This document shows, piece by piece, positions 50,179-60,437 of a stretch of 64,000 nt of DNA. The position numbers were made by a program, and so were the translations under genes. Within the stretch, counting starts at the first letter, position 1; each line of letters opens with the position of its first letter. Below the pieces are notes generated by a model that ran no database searches, was not told the origin of the DNA, and was given only the letters and a program-made list of their open reading frames with translations. The stretch is from Patescibacteria group bacterium (GTDB lineage: Bacteria; Patescibacteriota; Patescibacteriia; UBA10025; JAHIVO01), in assembly GCA_041660605.1 (NCBI GenBank), contig JBAZWB010000001.1:393295-457294 (forward strand), given 5' to 3'.

Positions 50179-51894
50179 TTATTTTTTTTGGTCAATTTCA
50201 AGCCGCACTCTCTTAATAAAGCTCAAAAGGGAGATTTTTTTCAATGCTTTTTGTCCGCGTATCCTGATATTCAATGATTTGCTTTTCATTTCTTTATCTC
50301 CAATCACCAGCATATAGGGTACTTTCTGTTTTTCCGCCAGACGTATTTTATAGCCGACTGTTTCATTAGCATCGTCCAGCTCAGAGCGGAAGCCCTCCTC
50401 GACAAACTGGTTATGAATTTTTTTTGAGAATGCGAGATGTGCTTTTCCTACGGTAATTACCGCTATTTGCACAGGTGAGAGCCAGATAGGAAAATTACCC
50501 GCGTAGTGCTCAGTAATAATACCGATGAACCGTTCGAACGTCCCCATGATCGCCCGATGGATGATGACCGGCGTCTGTTTGTCGCCATGTTCATCAGTAT
50601 AGGACAATTCGAAGCGCTGGGGGATCTGGAAATCGAGCTGGATAGTGGCCATCTGCCAGTCACGGCCGAGCGAATCCTTGATCCAGACGTCTATCTTCGG
50701 CCCGTAAAAAGCGCCATCACCGGCATTGACGCGGTAGGTGAACTTACTCTTTTTGAGCGCTTGTTCTAGGGCCTGTTCAGCAAAGCGCCAGGTTTTTTCC
50801 TCGCCGAGGTGGTCGGTGGGCATGGTGGAGAGCACCATTTGCGGATTGAACTTGAAGACAGCGTAGAATTTCTTTACGAGTTTAATGACCCTATTGATTT
50901 CCGACTCGATCTGGTTAGGGCGGCAGTAGATGTGTGCGTCGTCCATAGTCAGCTGCCTGACGCGGAACAGCCCACCGAGCGCGCCGGAGATTTCGTTACG
51001 GTGCAGCCGGCCGATTTCCCCAAGCCGCAGCGGCAAGTCCCGGTAGCTCCGTAGTTTGGAATTGTAGATGTAGGTTGATTCAGGACAATTCATCGGTTTC
51101 AGGGCGAAGTCCTGCTTTTCAACTGACAGTTTGAACATGTCTTTTGAGTAGTGCTGCCAGTGTCCGGATTTTTCCCACAGCTCTTTTTTTACCATAATCG
51201 GCGTGGAAATTTCCTGGTAACCGCTACTGTCATGGAGTTCGCGCCAGTAGCGCTCGAGAATTTTCACCATGACCATGCCTTTCGGATGCCAGAACGGAGC
51301 ACCGGGTGCCACGTCGTGGAAGCTGAAAAGATCGAGTTCGGTACCGATTTTACGGTGGTCGCGTTTTTTGAGCTCTTCCTGTAGGGCCAGGTAGTCTTCC
51401 AATTCTTTTTTAGAGGCAAAAGCCACGCCGTAAATGCGCTGCAGCATTTTATTCTTTTCATCCCCGCGCCAGTAAGCGCCGGCGATTTTCGTCAGTTTGA
51501 AAGCATCAGCCGGTATTTCTTTAGTTGAATTAACATGGGGACCAGCGCAGAGGTCAATGAAATTTCCGGATTGGTAAAATGTTATAGCCTGCTTGTCTTT
51601 TACCAACTCGTCAATCAGTTCAAGTTTAAAGGGCTGGCCTTTTGCCAATTCTTTAGCTTCCTCAGCGCTTTTCTCCAGTTTTGTAAATTTAATATTTTGG
51701 CTAATCAGCTTTTTCACTCGTTTTTCAATTTTCGGCAAGTCTTGCGGAGTCAGGGGACGAGGCAGGTCAAAATCATAATAAAAGCCATTTTCAATTACCG
51801 GACCGATGGCCAGCTTGGCCTCGGGAAAAAATTGTTTGACTGCTTCGGCCATCAGGTGTGACAGGGAATGGCGGGTTTTGGTGAGTTGGTTCAT
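50179..51894 (-). CDS. thrS: Threonine-tRNA ligase (lacks N-terminal TGS domain)
   Basis: RHSLSHLMA, DLCAGPH, LKPMNCP, AFYGPKID, HRAIMG. Confidence 0.98.
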   Translation of the reverse strand: MNQLTKTRHSLSHLMAEAVKQFFPEAKLAIGPVIENGFYYDFDLPRPLTPQDLPKIEKRVKKLISQNIKFTKLEKSAEEAKELAKGQPFKLELIDELVKDKQAITFYQSGNFIDLCAGPHVNSTKEIPADAFKLTKIAGAYWRGDEKNKMLQRIYGVAFASKKELEDYLALQEELKKRDHRKIGTELDLFSFHDVAPGAPFWHPKGMVMVKILERYWRELHDSSGYQEISTPIMVKKELWEKSGHWQHYSKDMFKLSVEKQDFALKPMNCPESTYIYNSKLRSYRDLPLRLGEIGRLHRNEISGALGGLFRVRQLTMDDAHIYCRPNQIESEINRVIKLVKKFYAVFKFNPQMVLSTMPTDHLGEEKTWRFAEQALEQALKKSKFTYRVNAGDGAFYGPKIDVWIKDSLGRDWQMATIQLDFQIPQRFELSYTDEHGDKQTPVIIHRAIMGTFERFIGIITEHYAGNFPIWLSPVQIAVITVGKAHLAFSKKIHNQFVEEGFRSELDDANETVGYKIRLAEKQKVPYMLVIGDKEMKSKSLNIRIRGQKALKKISLLSFIKRVRLEIDQKK

Positions 51895-52061
51895 AAATGT
51901 ATAATTAATGATTGATAATTCATAAGTTTTTGATATAGGAACGTTCGCGCGAACGAGCGAATGTAAATTTTTAAAGATTTTATTTCCTGGTGAACAACAT
52001 TTTCAAGATTTTGTTCACGTTCCATAGTTTTTTAGTTTATAATGTATAATATAATTACTTT

Positions 52062-52628
52062 CTATACCTTTACCCCATTTTCACGCAGGAATAAAATAAG
52101 TTTATTAACCGGCATTCCGGCTTTAAAATTATAATTTCCTTCTATATATTCGGCAAATCTTAAGAGACCATCGGCTTCAAAGGCACCGGCGCATTTAATA
52201 ACGGGATATTTAGATATATAATCGTTAATTTCAAAGTCGGAAAGATTTCTGAATCTTACTTTGCAGACTTCCGAAGTTGTCAGCATTTTTCTTGTTTGGC
52301 TGTTATATACGGTTAACCCCGCGACAATTTCAAATGTCTGTCCGGAGAATGATATTAGCATTTCTTTAGCCTGTTTTTCATTGCGGGGCTTGCCAATGAT
52401 TTTTTTATCATGAACAATAAACAAATCCGCCGCAATAATAATTGAATCGGGATTTTCATCGCCGATTTTTTGGGCCTTTGCTTTTGATAATAATTTGGCC
52501 AATTCATTCGGATCGTCGTGATTAATAGCAGATTCGTCAATATCGCTGGGAATGGTTTCGTATTCCAAGCCCAAAATATCCAAAGCGTGTTTTCTGTAAG
52601 GGGATTGAGAAGCGAGGATGATTTTCAT
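52062..52628 (-). CDS. maf: Maf family nucleotide pyrophosphatase
   Basis: IILASQSPYR, IDES, AAD, GKP, CAGAF; start moved to ATG 52628. Confidence 0.92.
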   Translation of the reverse strand: MKIILASQSPYRKHALDILGLEYETIPSDIDESAINHDDPNELAKLLSKAKAQKIGDENPDSIIIAADLFIVHDKKIIGKPRNEKQAKEMLISFSGQTFEIVAGLTVYNSQTRKMLTTSEVCKVRFRNLSDFEINDYISKYPVIKCAGAFEADGLLRFAEYIEGNYNFKAGMPVNKLILFLRENGVKV

Positions 52629-52659
52629 ATTTAAGCGTCGGAAATTATTTATTATTAGT

Positions 52660-52870
52660 ATAAAAATAAATTCCCAAAACATATCAATGTCTTGGGGTTC
52701 TTCGGTCCCTCGGCAGGCTCGGGATCTACGAACGGTTCCACCCATGTTGGCGCATAGCCTATAGCGTATAGTGCTTTACACCCGCTTGTTTATTGAGTTG
52801 GCCATTTAATTTAGGCAGGAGCGTTGGTGTTCCCATAGGCGTTTGGTAGGCGCCTCAATCATTAAAAGGC
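52660..52870 (-). promoter_or_regulatory. T-box riboswitch (Thr) leader upstream of maf-thrS
   Basis: AACATGGGTGGAACCG T-box motif (52749-52733), terminator CCCAAGACAT/ATGTTTTGGG + U tract, ACC triplets in 5' stems, TTGACA-17-TAAGCT promoter (52905-52877). Confidence 0.75.
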
Positions 52871-52920
52871 ATATTAAGCTTAATGTTTTTAAGTTTTTTT
52901 GTCAATTTGAAATGAAGCGA

Positions 52921-54066
52921 CTACCCACCAATTTTAATCTCTATATGGTCTTTCAGACCCGGAGCTTTGGTTACCCAGAACGGCGAAAATTTTATTTTAA
53001 CCTGACCAATTTCATTAAAATTAGAAAAATAAGCTTTGATTTCCTGTTCATCCCGGCCGGTCAGATTGTCGCGGTCAAATATTGGGCTGGATAAACGCGG
53101 AACGGCTTTTGCGGAATATTTCACGTTTAGCCTGGCAGTATTGCCGCTCTTATCGTATTCATTGATAGTATAATTCAGAGTATCTGAATTTTTATTGGCC
53201 AGTTCTTCGCCTTCAGCCAGCGATTTTACTAGTTCGGCGGTAGCGGCATTTTGCATTTCGCTTTCGTCAAAATAAACGGCCATGACATTTAATTTCATAT
53301 TGAGAGTAAAACTGGAGCCCGCTAGGCCCCCTTCCGGGACAGAAGTAGAACTTAGGATGACTGAGCCGACCGCGGCTTTTTTGTTCCTCAGCTGGTCGTT
53401 GTCTTGAATCATTTTTTGCACTGCTTCCTGTTCCAGTTTGGTTCTCAGCTCCTCGCCTTTGTTATTTATCATGGTTTGGGTGATAATTTTCGCTTCTACC
53501 ATCCCGCCGGTTGTCGGTTCGTTGCTCACAGCATAAATTTTTTCCTGCAACCCGGGCCAGAGGCCTGGGATGGTAAATTTTGCTGGCTCAATATTTCCTG
53601 ATTCACCCGGCTGGTCAGCGTATATTTCTACGCCGTCAATTTTCCCACCGGCCGGAACATCCACCCGGTTTTTAATCCGGAAGAGCGTCCCGTCAGGGGA
53701 GAGTAGGCGGGTAGTGGCGGCTAGTGCCTGGGTCTGCGACCAGTTGTTGTAGATGGTTACTTTTCCTGTAGCCTGGGCTTCCTGCATTTCTCCTTCATTG
53801 GTATTTTCAAAATTCTGATTGCCGCTGATTTCAGTTTCAGCTAGAGTGCCGGTAATATGTGCTTCACTGGGTGCGCCATCTCCTGTTTTATCAGTGGCCA
53901 GGATGGTGAAACTGATGTCTTTGTCCTGCGGTATCAGGGCGACGGTGATGACGGTTTTAGACAGGGAAAAATAGGCGATCAGACCAAAAAGTATCAATGC
54001 GCAAACAATGAATAAAGCAATTATTTTTTTATAAAGCTGGGTGGTTTGGATCTTGGCTATTTGCAT
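52921..54066 (-). CDS. Membrane-anchored protein with baseplate J-like region (common CPR hypothetical)
   Basis: TM helix, ATGKVTIYN..Q.L.ATTRL, ADQPGE.GNI...FTIPGL, SPFW; start moved to ATG 54066. Confidence 0.7.
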   Translation of the reverse strand: MQIAKIQTTQLYKKIIALFIVCALILFGLIAYFSLSKTVITVALIPQDKDISFTILATDKTGDGAPSEAHITGTLAETEISGNQNFENTNEGEMQEAQATGKVTIYNNWSQTQALAATTRLLSPDGTLFRIKNRVDVPAGGKIDGVEIYADQPGESGNIEPAKFTIPGLWPGLQEKIYAVSNEPTTGGMVEAKIITQTMINNKGEELRTKLEQEAVQKMIQDNDQLRNKKAAVGSVILSSTSVPEGGLAGSSFTLNMKLNVMAVYFDESEMQNAATAELVKSLAEGEELANKNSDTLNYTINEYDKSGNTARLNVKYSAKAVPRLSSPIFDRDNLTGRDEQEIKAYFSNFNEIGQVKIKFSPFWVTKAPGLKDHIEIKIGG

Positions 54067-54079
54067 AAAATAATTGTAG

Positions 54080-57000
54080 CTAATCGCTGGAAATTTGTAT
54101 ACAGTCTTCTCCCAGAAGGGAACGGATGGAGGCGAAACTTTCATCGCTGATCCGGTATTTGGTATTAATGACTTTATTTTTTTTGGAGGAATCGATCCGC
54201 AAGCTGACCTGGTATTCCCCGGGAAATTTAGTAAAAGTATCTTTAAGCTTTTCAAAAATATCCTGTTTGATTTTTGGCTGAATCTTCAGGAAGACTGTCT
54301 GTTTTTTCCCTGTCTGCGGTGAAGTGTTTTTCGACAAATTACTGACGTCAAATAACTTGGCATCATTGCAGAGTATTTTTATGGCGCCATCTTTGTCGGA
54401 AATTTTCCCTTTGATCAGGAGAATTTTCTCTTCCTGCCAGATATTCGGGTTGGCAGTCAGGACAGAGGGGAAAACCAGGACTTCCGTACGCCCGGTCATG
54501 TCTTCCATTTTTATGAAGAGCATCGCCTGGTTATTGCGGGTGATGACTTTCTGGATATTGGTAATAATGCCGCCAATAACGATATCCACGCTATTTATAT
54601 AATTATGGAGCATGCCGATGGGAGTGGCGATTTTTTTCAGATGCTCTTGATATTCATCCAGGGGATGTTCGCTGATATACAAGCCCAGGAGTTCTTTTTC
54701 CCAGGATAGTCTTTGGGTTTTGCTGGTCGGTTCTGATTCCGGCAGTCGGAGTTTTGGGGTATGCTGCACGGGTAATGAGCCGAATAAATTTGACTGGCCA
54801 TTCAGGGATTCTTTTTCTACTGATTTGTTAAAATTTAATAGTGATTCAATATTTGAGAGAAGCTGGTTGCGCTCGCCAAATTTGTCCAGAGCGCCGGATT
54901 TTATCAGGCTCTCCAGCGATTTTTTATTCAGATCCTTGGTCCGCACGCGCATCAGAAAATCTTCCAAGTTTTTGAAAATGCCGTTTTTTTTGCGCTCCTG
55001 GATGATGGTCTTGGCGATGTTGGTACCCACGTTCTTTATAGCCAGCAGGCCGAAGCGTATTTTCTTTTCCGGTAATTTTGTTTCCGGGTTGAAAACGGCG
55101 GTAAAGGTGGAATAACTTTCGTTAATATCCGGCGGGAGGACCTTGATGCCCATTTGCTCGGATTCTTCTACCTCAATGGCTATCCGGTCCATATCGCCAT
55201 AATCAGAGGTCAGCAGTGAGGCCATGAATTCATCGGGGTAGTTCGCCTTGAAATAAGCGGTTTGATAGGCAATCAGGGCGTAGCAGGCCGCATGAGCGCG
55301 TACAAAACCATAACGGGCGAACGGCTCGATCATTTTCCAGATTTTTTCCGCAACTGGCTTGGTGATATTATTTTTAATCATGCCTTTGACCATTTTCGCC
55401 CGCTGCTCATTGAGAAGCTTTTTTATTTTTTTGCCCACCGCCTTGCGCAGAATGTCCGCTTCCGAAAGTGAAAAGCCGGCTAAATCGCGAGCGATCTGCA
55501 TCAACTGCTCCTGATAAACGGCCACCCCGTAGGTTTTTTCCAGTATGGGCTTCAGCTTTGGGTGGAGATAGGTCGTTTGTTTCAGCCCATGCTTGCCATT
55601 GATATAGTCAGGGATGAATTCCATCGGGCCGGGGCGGTAAAGGGCGACCATGGCGATGATGTCTTCCAATTCAGTCGGTTTCAGCTGTTTTAAATATCGT
55701 TTCATGCCGGATGATTCAAGCTGGAAGACTCCGGTGGTTTTTCCGGCCTGGAGGAGGGCAAAAGTTTTTTTATCATCCAGCGGCAGGTCGTCAATATTCA
55801 GGGAAATATTCCTGGCTTTTTTGATAATATCAATCGTGTTTTCCAAAATGGTCAGGTTTTTCAAGCCAAGAAAATCCATTTTCAAAAGCCCCAGATCTTC
55901 GATAGGGTGGAGCGAATATTGCGAAATTATGACATTCTCATCCTGGGTGGAATATTGCAGGGGGACGTAATTCGTCAGAGGCTCTTTAGTAATCACCACG
56001 CCGCAGGCGTGAGTGGAAGCGTGGCGGGCGACGCCTTCCAGCTTCCTGGCTGAATCAATGAGCTTTTTTCCGTCAGCTTCATTTGAATAGAGTTCCTTAA
56101 GCTCAGGAATTATATTTAAGGCCTGCTCTATGGTAGTGAACATGGGAATTAGTTTGGCAATTTTATCGCAATAAGTATAAGACAATCCTAAAACCCGGCC
56201 GGCATCCCGGACCGCCGCGCGGGCGGCCATGGTACCGAAGGTAATAATCTGAGCCACGTGATCCTTGCCATATTTATTTTCAACATAGTTGATAACCTCG
56301 TCGCGCCTGGTATCGGCAAAATCAAGATCAATATCAGGCATGGAAATTCTCTCTGGATTCAGAAACCTTTCAAACAGAAGGCTATATTTCAGAGGATCAA
56401 TGTTTGTAATATTGGTTAAATACGAAACAATACTGCCGGCAGCAGAGCCGCGGCCGGGGCCGACGACTATTCCGTTGTTTTTTGCCCAGTTGACAAAATC
56501 CTGTACTATTAAAAAATACGAAGCAAACCCGGTCTTTTTTATCACTGAAAGTTCGTAATCGAGCCTTTTTCGCACTGCCGGATCGTTTTTATGATCAGGA
56601 TAACGCCTGTCCAGACCCAATTCGCAGAGTTCACTCAGATAGCCATCCGCGGTAGTATCCGGTGGCAGGTCGAAGTGAGGCAAGGTTATTTTTCCCAGCT
56701 CGAGTTCCAAATTGCACTTCTCCGCAATTTTTACCGTATTTGTGAGCACCTCGGGATGATCAGCGAACGCCCTCTGCATCGTTTCCGGACTTTTAAATGA
56801 AAAATCTTCTCCCATGTAGCTCATGCGGTTTGTCTCACTCTGCTTTTGTTTGGTCTGCAGGCAGATGAGTATGTCGTGATATATGTCGTCTTCTTTGCTA
56901 GGATAGTGAAGATCGTTGGTAGCAACTATGGGAATATCCAGTTTGCTGCCAATCTGAAATATGGCATTGTTGATTTCCGACTGGCGGGGGATATTCGGAT

Positions 57001-57532
57001 GATCCTGAACCTCCAGGCAAAAATTGCCCTTGCCGAAAATTTCCTGCAGCTCCAGAGCTGAGCGTTCAGCGAGTTTCAGATCCTCATTGAGAATCGCCCG
57101 CGGCACCTGCCCCTGCAGGCAGGCAGATAACCCGATTAGTCCCTGGGAATGCTTTTTTAAAAAATCCAGATCTATCCTCGGCTTATAATAAAATCCCTTC
57201 AGATGGGCGGCTGAAGTTATTTTAATCAAATTTTTATAACCTTCAAGATTGGCGGCTAAAAGCACGAGATGATAGGGCTTCTCATCTATTTTAGCCCTTT
57301 TATTTTCCATGCCGTTCCTGGCAATGTAGGCTTCCACCCCGACAATTGGTTTGATTCCTGCCTTTTTCGCTTTTTGGTAGAATTCAATAGCACCATACAT
57401 CACTCCATGGTCAGTCAGGGCCAGGGCCGGCATTTTATATTCTTGTGCTTTTTTTATCAATTCGTCTATTTTGGCCAATCCATCAAGGAGACTATAATGA
57501 CTATGGACATGAAGATGTACGAAGTCCGGCAT
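54080..57532 (-). CDS. dnaE: DNA polymerase III alpha subunit
   Basis: HLHVHSHYSLLDG PHP, GRGSAAGS, MPDIDLDF, KMDFLGL. Confidence 0.98.
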   Translation of the reverse strand: MPDFVHLHVHSHYSLLDGLAKIDELIKKAQEYKMPALALTDHGVMYGAIEFYQKAKKAGIKPIVGVEAYIARNGMENKRAKIDEKPYHLVLLAANLEGYKNLIKITSAAHLKGFYYKPRIDLDFLKKHSQGLIGLSACLQGQVPRAILNEDLKLAERSALELQEIFGKGNFCLEVQDHPNIPRQSEINNAIFQIGSKLDIPIVATNDLHYPSKEDDIYHDILICLQTKQKQSETNRMSYMGEDFSFKSPETMQRAFADHPEVLTNTVKIAEKCNLELELGKITLPHFDLPPDTTADGYLSELCELGLDRRYPDHKNDPAVRKRLDYELSVIKKTGFASYFLIVQDFVNWAKNNGIVVGPGRGSAAGSIVSYLTNITNIDPLKYSLLFERFLNPERISMPDIDLDFADTRRDEVINYVENKYGKDHVAQIITFGTMAARAAVRDAGRVLGLSYTYCDKIAKLIPMFTTIEQALNIIPELKELYSNEADGKKLIDSARKLEGVARHASTHACGVVITKEPLTNYVPLQYSTQDENVIISQYSLHPIEDLGLLKMDFLGLKNLTILENTIDIIKKARNISLNIDDLPLDDKKTFALLQAGKTTGVFQLESSGMKRYLKQLKPTELEDIIAMVALYRPGPMEFIPDYINGKHGLKQTTYLHPKLKPILEKTYGVAVYQEQLMQIARDLAGFSLSEADILRKAVGKKIKKLLNEQRAKMVKGMIKNNITKPVAEKIWKMIEPFARYGFVRAHAACYALIAYQTAYFKANYPDEFMASLLTSDYGDMDRIAIEVEESEQMGIKVLPPDINESYSTFTAVFNPETKLPEKKIRFGLLAIKNVGTNIAKTIIQERKKNGIFKNLEDFLMRVRTKDLNKKSLESLIKSGALDKFGERNQLLSNIESLLNFNKSVEKESLNGQSNLFGSLPVQHTPKLRLPESEPTSKTQRLSWEKELLGLYISEHPLDEYQEHLKKIATPIGMLHNYINSVDIVIGGIITNIQKVITRNNQAMLFIKMEDMTGRTEVLVFPSVLTANPNIWQEEKILLIKGKISDKDGAIKILCNDAKLFDVSNLSKNTSPQTGKKQTVFLKIQPKIKQDIFEKLKDTFTKFPGEYQVSLRIDSSKKNKVINTKYRISDESFASIRSLLGEDCIQISSD

Positions 57533-57560
57533 AATTTAAAGACGATTATTTCCCGTCACT

Positions 57561-57881
57561 TTATTTATTTTTTTCTTTCTTCTCTTGCCTTTTTTCTTTT
57601 TTCTTTTTCAGATAATCCAGCAGTTCAGTTACGCCCTTCAGCACCAGAGGCAGATAAGAGGCGGTATGGGTTAATTTTTCTTCAATGGTGTTGAATAATT
57701 GCTCCAGTCTGTTAATTTTTTCTTTGACCGAAACGATTATTTCGCTGATGCCCATCACAGCATCGTGTCCTTTTTTCAGGATCATGATCAAATAGTACAG
57801 CCCCCAGCACAGGAAAAAGGTCAGGACGACTGCGCAAGTCGCCAGGCCTATAAAAAGTATATCTTTGCTGGTTTCAAACAT
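57561..57881 (-). CDS. Hypothetical membrane protein with coiled coil
   Basis: N-terminal TM helix, heptad coiled coil, basic tail. Confidence 0.75.
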   Translation of the reverse strand: MFETSKDILFIGLATCAVVLTFFLCWGLYYLIMILKKGHDAVMGISEIIVSVKEKINRLEQLFNTIEEKLTHTASYLPLVLKGVTELLDYLKKKKEKRQEKKEKNK

Positions 57882-58008
57882 ATTTTTTCATTTAAATGCA
57901 CTTAATCAGCTAGTTTAGTGTATTATATCATACAATTTATAATAACATCAATAATTCTCAAAATTGAACAAATATGGTAAAATTAAACCATCTTAAACAG
58001 CCATTATT

Positions 58009-58830
58009 ATGCTTGATGTTAGCAATATCTGGATTAAAGTAAATTACTTTTTAATTACCAATAAATTTTATTTTAAAAAATGGTGGGTTCTATTGATGAT
58101 CGCAGCCGATATTTTCATTTTGATTTTTGCCTTTACCAATCTCATTTTATATATTTTCAGCATTCCCAGGGAGAATTTATTGATGCAGGCGATGGCCAGC
58201 CAGCAAATCGATTACCCGGCCATCCGTACTCGCACCCATCCGGTTTCATTAACAATCGTTTCCTCTACCGCCATTCCTCTAGCTGAGAGTAGATACGACT
58301 TAGTAACAGAGGTAAAGAACACCAATGTCAATTGGGCGGTTAACTCCATAACTTATCATTATGAAATCGGCGAAACCAGCACTGAGGCACGCGATGATTT
58401 TATTTTACCTGATGGTACGAAATATTTAGCGCAGCTGGGAGTGCAGTCCCAGTCATCCGGTACCGCGCCTGAAATAAAGCTGATCATAGAAAATATTGAC
58501 TGGGTCAGGGTGAATGACGATAGCTTGCCCCCGATTACTTTTGATATCAGTAATATTGAATATACCAATACTTCGACTGGCGATATTTCCTCGCAGCGGG
58601 TGACGGCCCAGATAACCAATACCGGGCTGAACGGCTTTTGGCAGACGAGATTTGCCGTGGTGCTCTATAATGGCAATAAAATTGTGGGTATAAATTTTGT
58701 ATATTTATCGCCGTTTAAGGCTGGAGAGAAAAAAATGTTTGTTTCACAGTGGAATCAGGACATTCCCAATGTAACTGAAACCAGCATCACTCCGGATGTA
58801 AATATTTTGCAGTCCGACAACATTATTTGA
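58009..58830 (+). CDS. Hypothetical membrane-anchored protein with Ig-like (FxLYD-like) domains
   Basis: TM helix, VKNTN, ITNTG, VVLYNGNKIVG. Confidence 0.75.
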   Translation: MLDVSNIWIKVNYFLITNKFYFKKWWVLLMIAADIFILIFAFTNLILYIFSIPRENLLMQAMASQQIDYPAIRTRTHPVSLTIVSSTAIPLAESRYDLVTEVKNTNVNWAVNSITYHYEIGETSTEARDDFILPDGTKYLAQLGVQSQSSGTAPEIKLIIENIDWVRVNDDSLPPITFDISNIEYTNTSTGDISSQRVTAQITNTGLNGFWQTRFAVVLYNGNKIVGINFVYLSPFKAGEKKMFVSQWNQDIPNVTETSITPDVNILQSDNII

Positions 58831-58860
58831 GTTTTCACCGTTTTGTGTTAAAGTGGAAAA

Positions 58861-59970
58861 ATGCTCAGAAGAATCTTATATTATATACGTAAATCTGATT
58901 GGGCGCTGTCACTGATGGCGATTTTTTTAGTTTTATTCGGATTAATGTCAATCTATAGCATAGAAACAGCTGTCAGCAATCCGGATTTTTTAAATTTTAA
59001 AAAACAACTGATTTTTTCCGCCATTGGCTTGATTTTCCTGATTTTTTTCAGCGTCTTTGACTATCGCTATTTAAAAAATTATGCCGTGGTATTATTTATC
59101 ATCGGCTTGCTGATTTTAGCCGGCGTTTTGATAGGCGGCAGCACGGTCCGCGGAACCAAGGGCTGGATACTGATTTTCGGTGCGCAGGGTTTTCAGCCCG
59201 TTGAAGTGATAAAAATAATTTTAATCGCCACGCTTGGTAAATATTTTTCAGATTGGCGCGCGGAAATAAAGAATCTTAAACAGTTGGGGATTACCTTGGG
59301 CATCGGCGGACTATTCATCGGACTGGTTGTTTTGCAGCCGGATTTCGGTTCGGCTATTATTCTGACAATTATTTTTTTGGGCATGCTGCTTATTGTCAAA
59401 ACCAAAAAACAATATTTAGCAGCAATATTCTTTTTGCTTTGCCTGGTAATGGTTGTCAGCTGGTTTTTTGTGCTGCACGATTTTCAGAAAGAAAGAATTT
59501 TGAATTTTATGGATCCCGCCAGAGACCCCTATGGCACCGGCTATAATATCAAGCAATCTATTATTGCTGTCGGTTCCGGCAATATTTTCGGGCGTGGATT
59601 AAGCCTGGGTTCTCAGAGCCGTCTGAATTTTTTGCCGGCACAGGAAACGGATTTTATTTTCGCGGTAATTGCCGAAGAATTGGGATTAGTCGGCATTACG
59701 CTTTTATTGGTTTTTTTCGTTATTATTTTTTACCGATTGATAAAGATCGTCAGGCTGGCACGCGACGATTTCGGACGTTTTTTAATAAGCGGGATTATTA
59801 TTTATTTTTTTGCTCAGACTGTTCTCAATATCGGGATGAACATCGGCATCCTGCCGATCGCCGGCGTGCCTTTACCGCTGGTCAGCTACGGCGGCAGTTC
59901 CCTGATCGCCACTTTGATGGCTATCGGCATAGCCCAGAGCGTACATATCCGGCATAAGTCAGCATTATGA
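58861..59970 (+). CDS. rodA: Rod shape-determining protein RodA (SEDS family)
   Basis: FQPVE..K, LQPDFG, GYNIKQS.IAVGSG, TDFIFAVIAEELG, PLVSYGGSS. Confidence 0.92.
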   Translation: MLRRILYYIRKSDWALSLMAIFLVLFGLMSIYSIETAVSNPDFLNFKKQLIFSAIGLIFLIFFSVFDYRYLKNYAVVLFIIGLLILAGVLIGGSTVRGTKGWILIFGAQGFQPVEVIKIILIATLGKYFSDWRAEIKNLKQLGITLGIGGLFIGLVVLQPDFGSAIILTIIFLGMLLIVKTKKQYLAAIFFLLCLVMVVSWFFVLHDFQKERILNFMDPARDPYGTGYNIKQSIIAVGSGNIFGRGLSLGSQSRLNFLPAQETDFIFAVIAEELGLVGITLLLVFFVIIFYRLIKIVRLARDDFGRFLISGIIIYFFAQTVLNIGMNIGILPIAGVPLPLVSYGGSSLIATLMAIGIAQSVHIRHKSAL

Positions 59971-60048
59971 TTTTTTATCTACCCTTGACTAGCAGGGGTA
60001 AAATGTGATATAATACACTATGTTGAGCCTTAATAAAGACAAAAATAC

Positions 60049-60393
60049 ATGCAAATCAAAAAGAAAAACCAAAACGAGCTTTATACCAATACTACGCAAC
60101 TGGTCTCATACTGCCCATTGTGCAACTGTTCATTTTCTCCGACCCGCGCGGCTATTGTCTGCGATGAAGGACATACGCAACTTTTATATGTTAATTGCAG
60201 CCAGTGTCGCAGTTCTATTGTTTTACTGCTGATAATGGGGGAAGTGGGCGTCAGCTCTATCGGGCTTATTACCGATCTAAGGGAGCCGGAAGTCAAAATA
60301 TTCAAGGATACCGCGCCGGTTTCACAAAATGATATAATTGATTTGCACCAGCTATTGACGGGTAAAGAAAATTTTATTACCCTATTATCATAG
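60049..60393 (+). CDS. Hypothetical zinc-ribbon protein
   Basis: CPLC and CSQC pairs, ITDL motif; TTGACT-17-TGATAT/TATAAT promoter near 59985-60015. Confidence 0.75.
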   Translation: MQIKKKNQNELYTNTTQLVSYCPLCNCSFSPTRAAIVCDEGHTQLLYVNCSQCRSSIVLLLIMGEVGVSSIGLITDLREPEVKIFKDTAPVSQNDIIDLHQLLTGKENFITLLS

Positions 60394-60437
60394 GCATTCG
60401 GTAGTTTAATTTTTTTTTACTCAATAATAAAACAATA

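Noticed and set aside
52921-54066. Prophage or contractile injection system from the baseplate J-like gene
   Set aside because: Isolated, membrane-anchored, co-oriented with dnaE; no other phage genes.
54080-57532. Intein or intron in dnaE (also gyrB, thyA)
   Set aside because: Lengths are normal and no splice motifs or homing endonuclease are seen.
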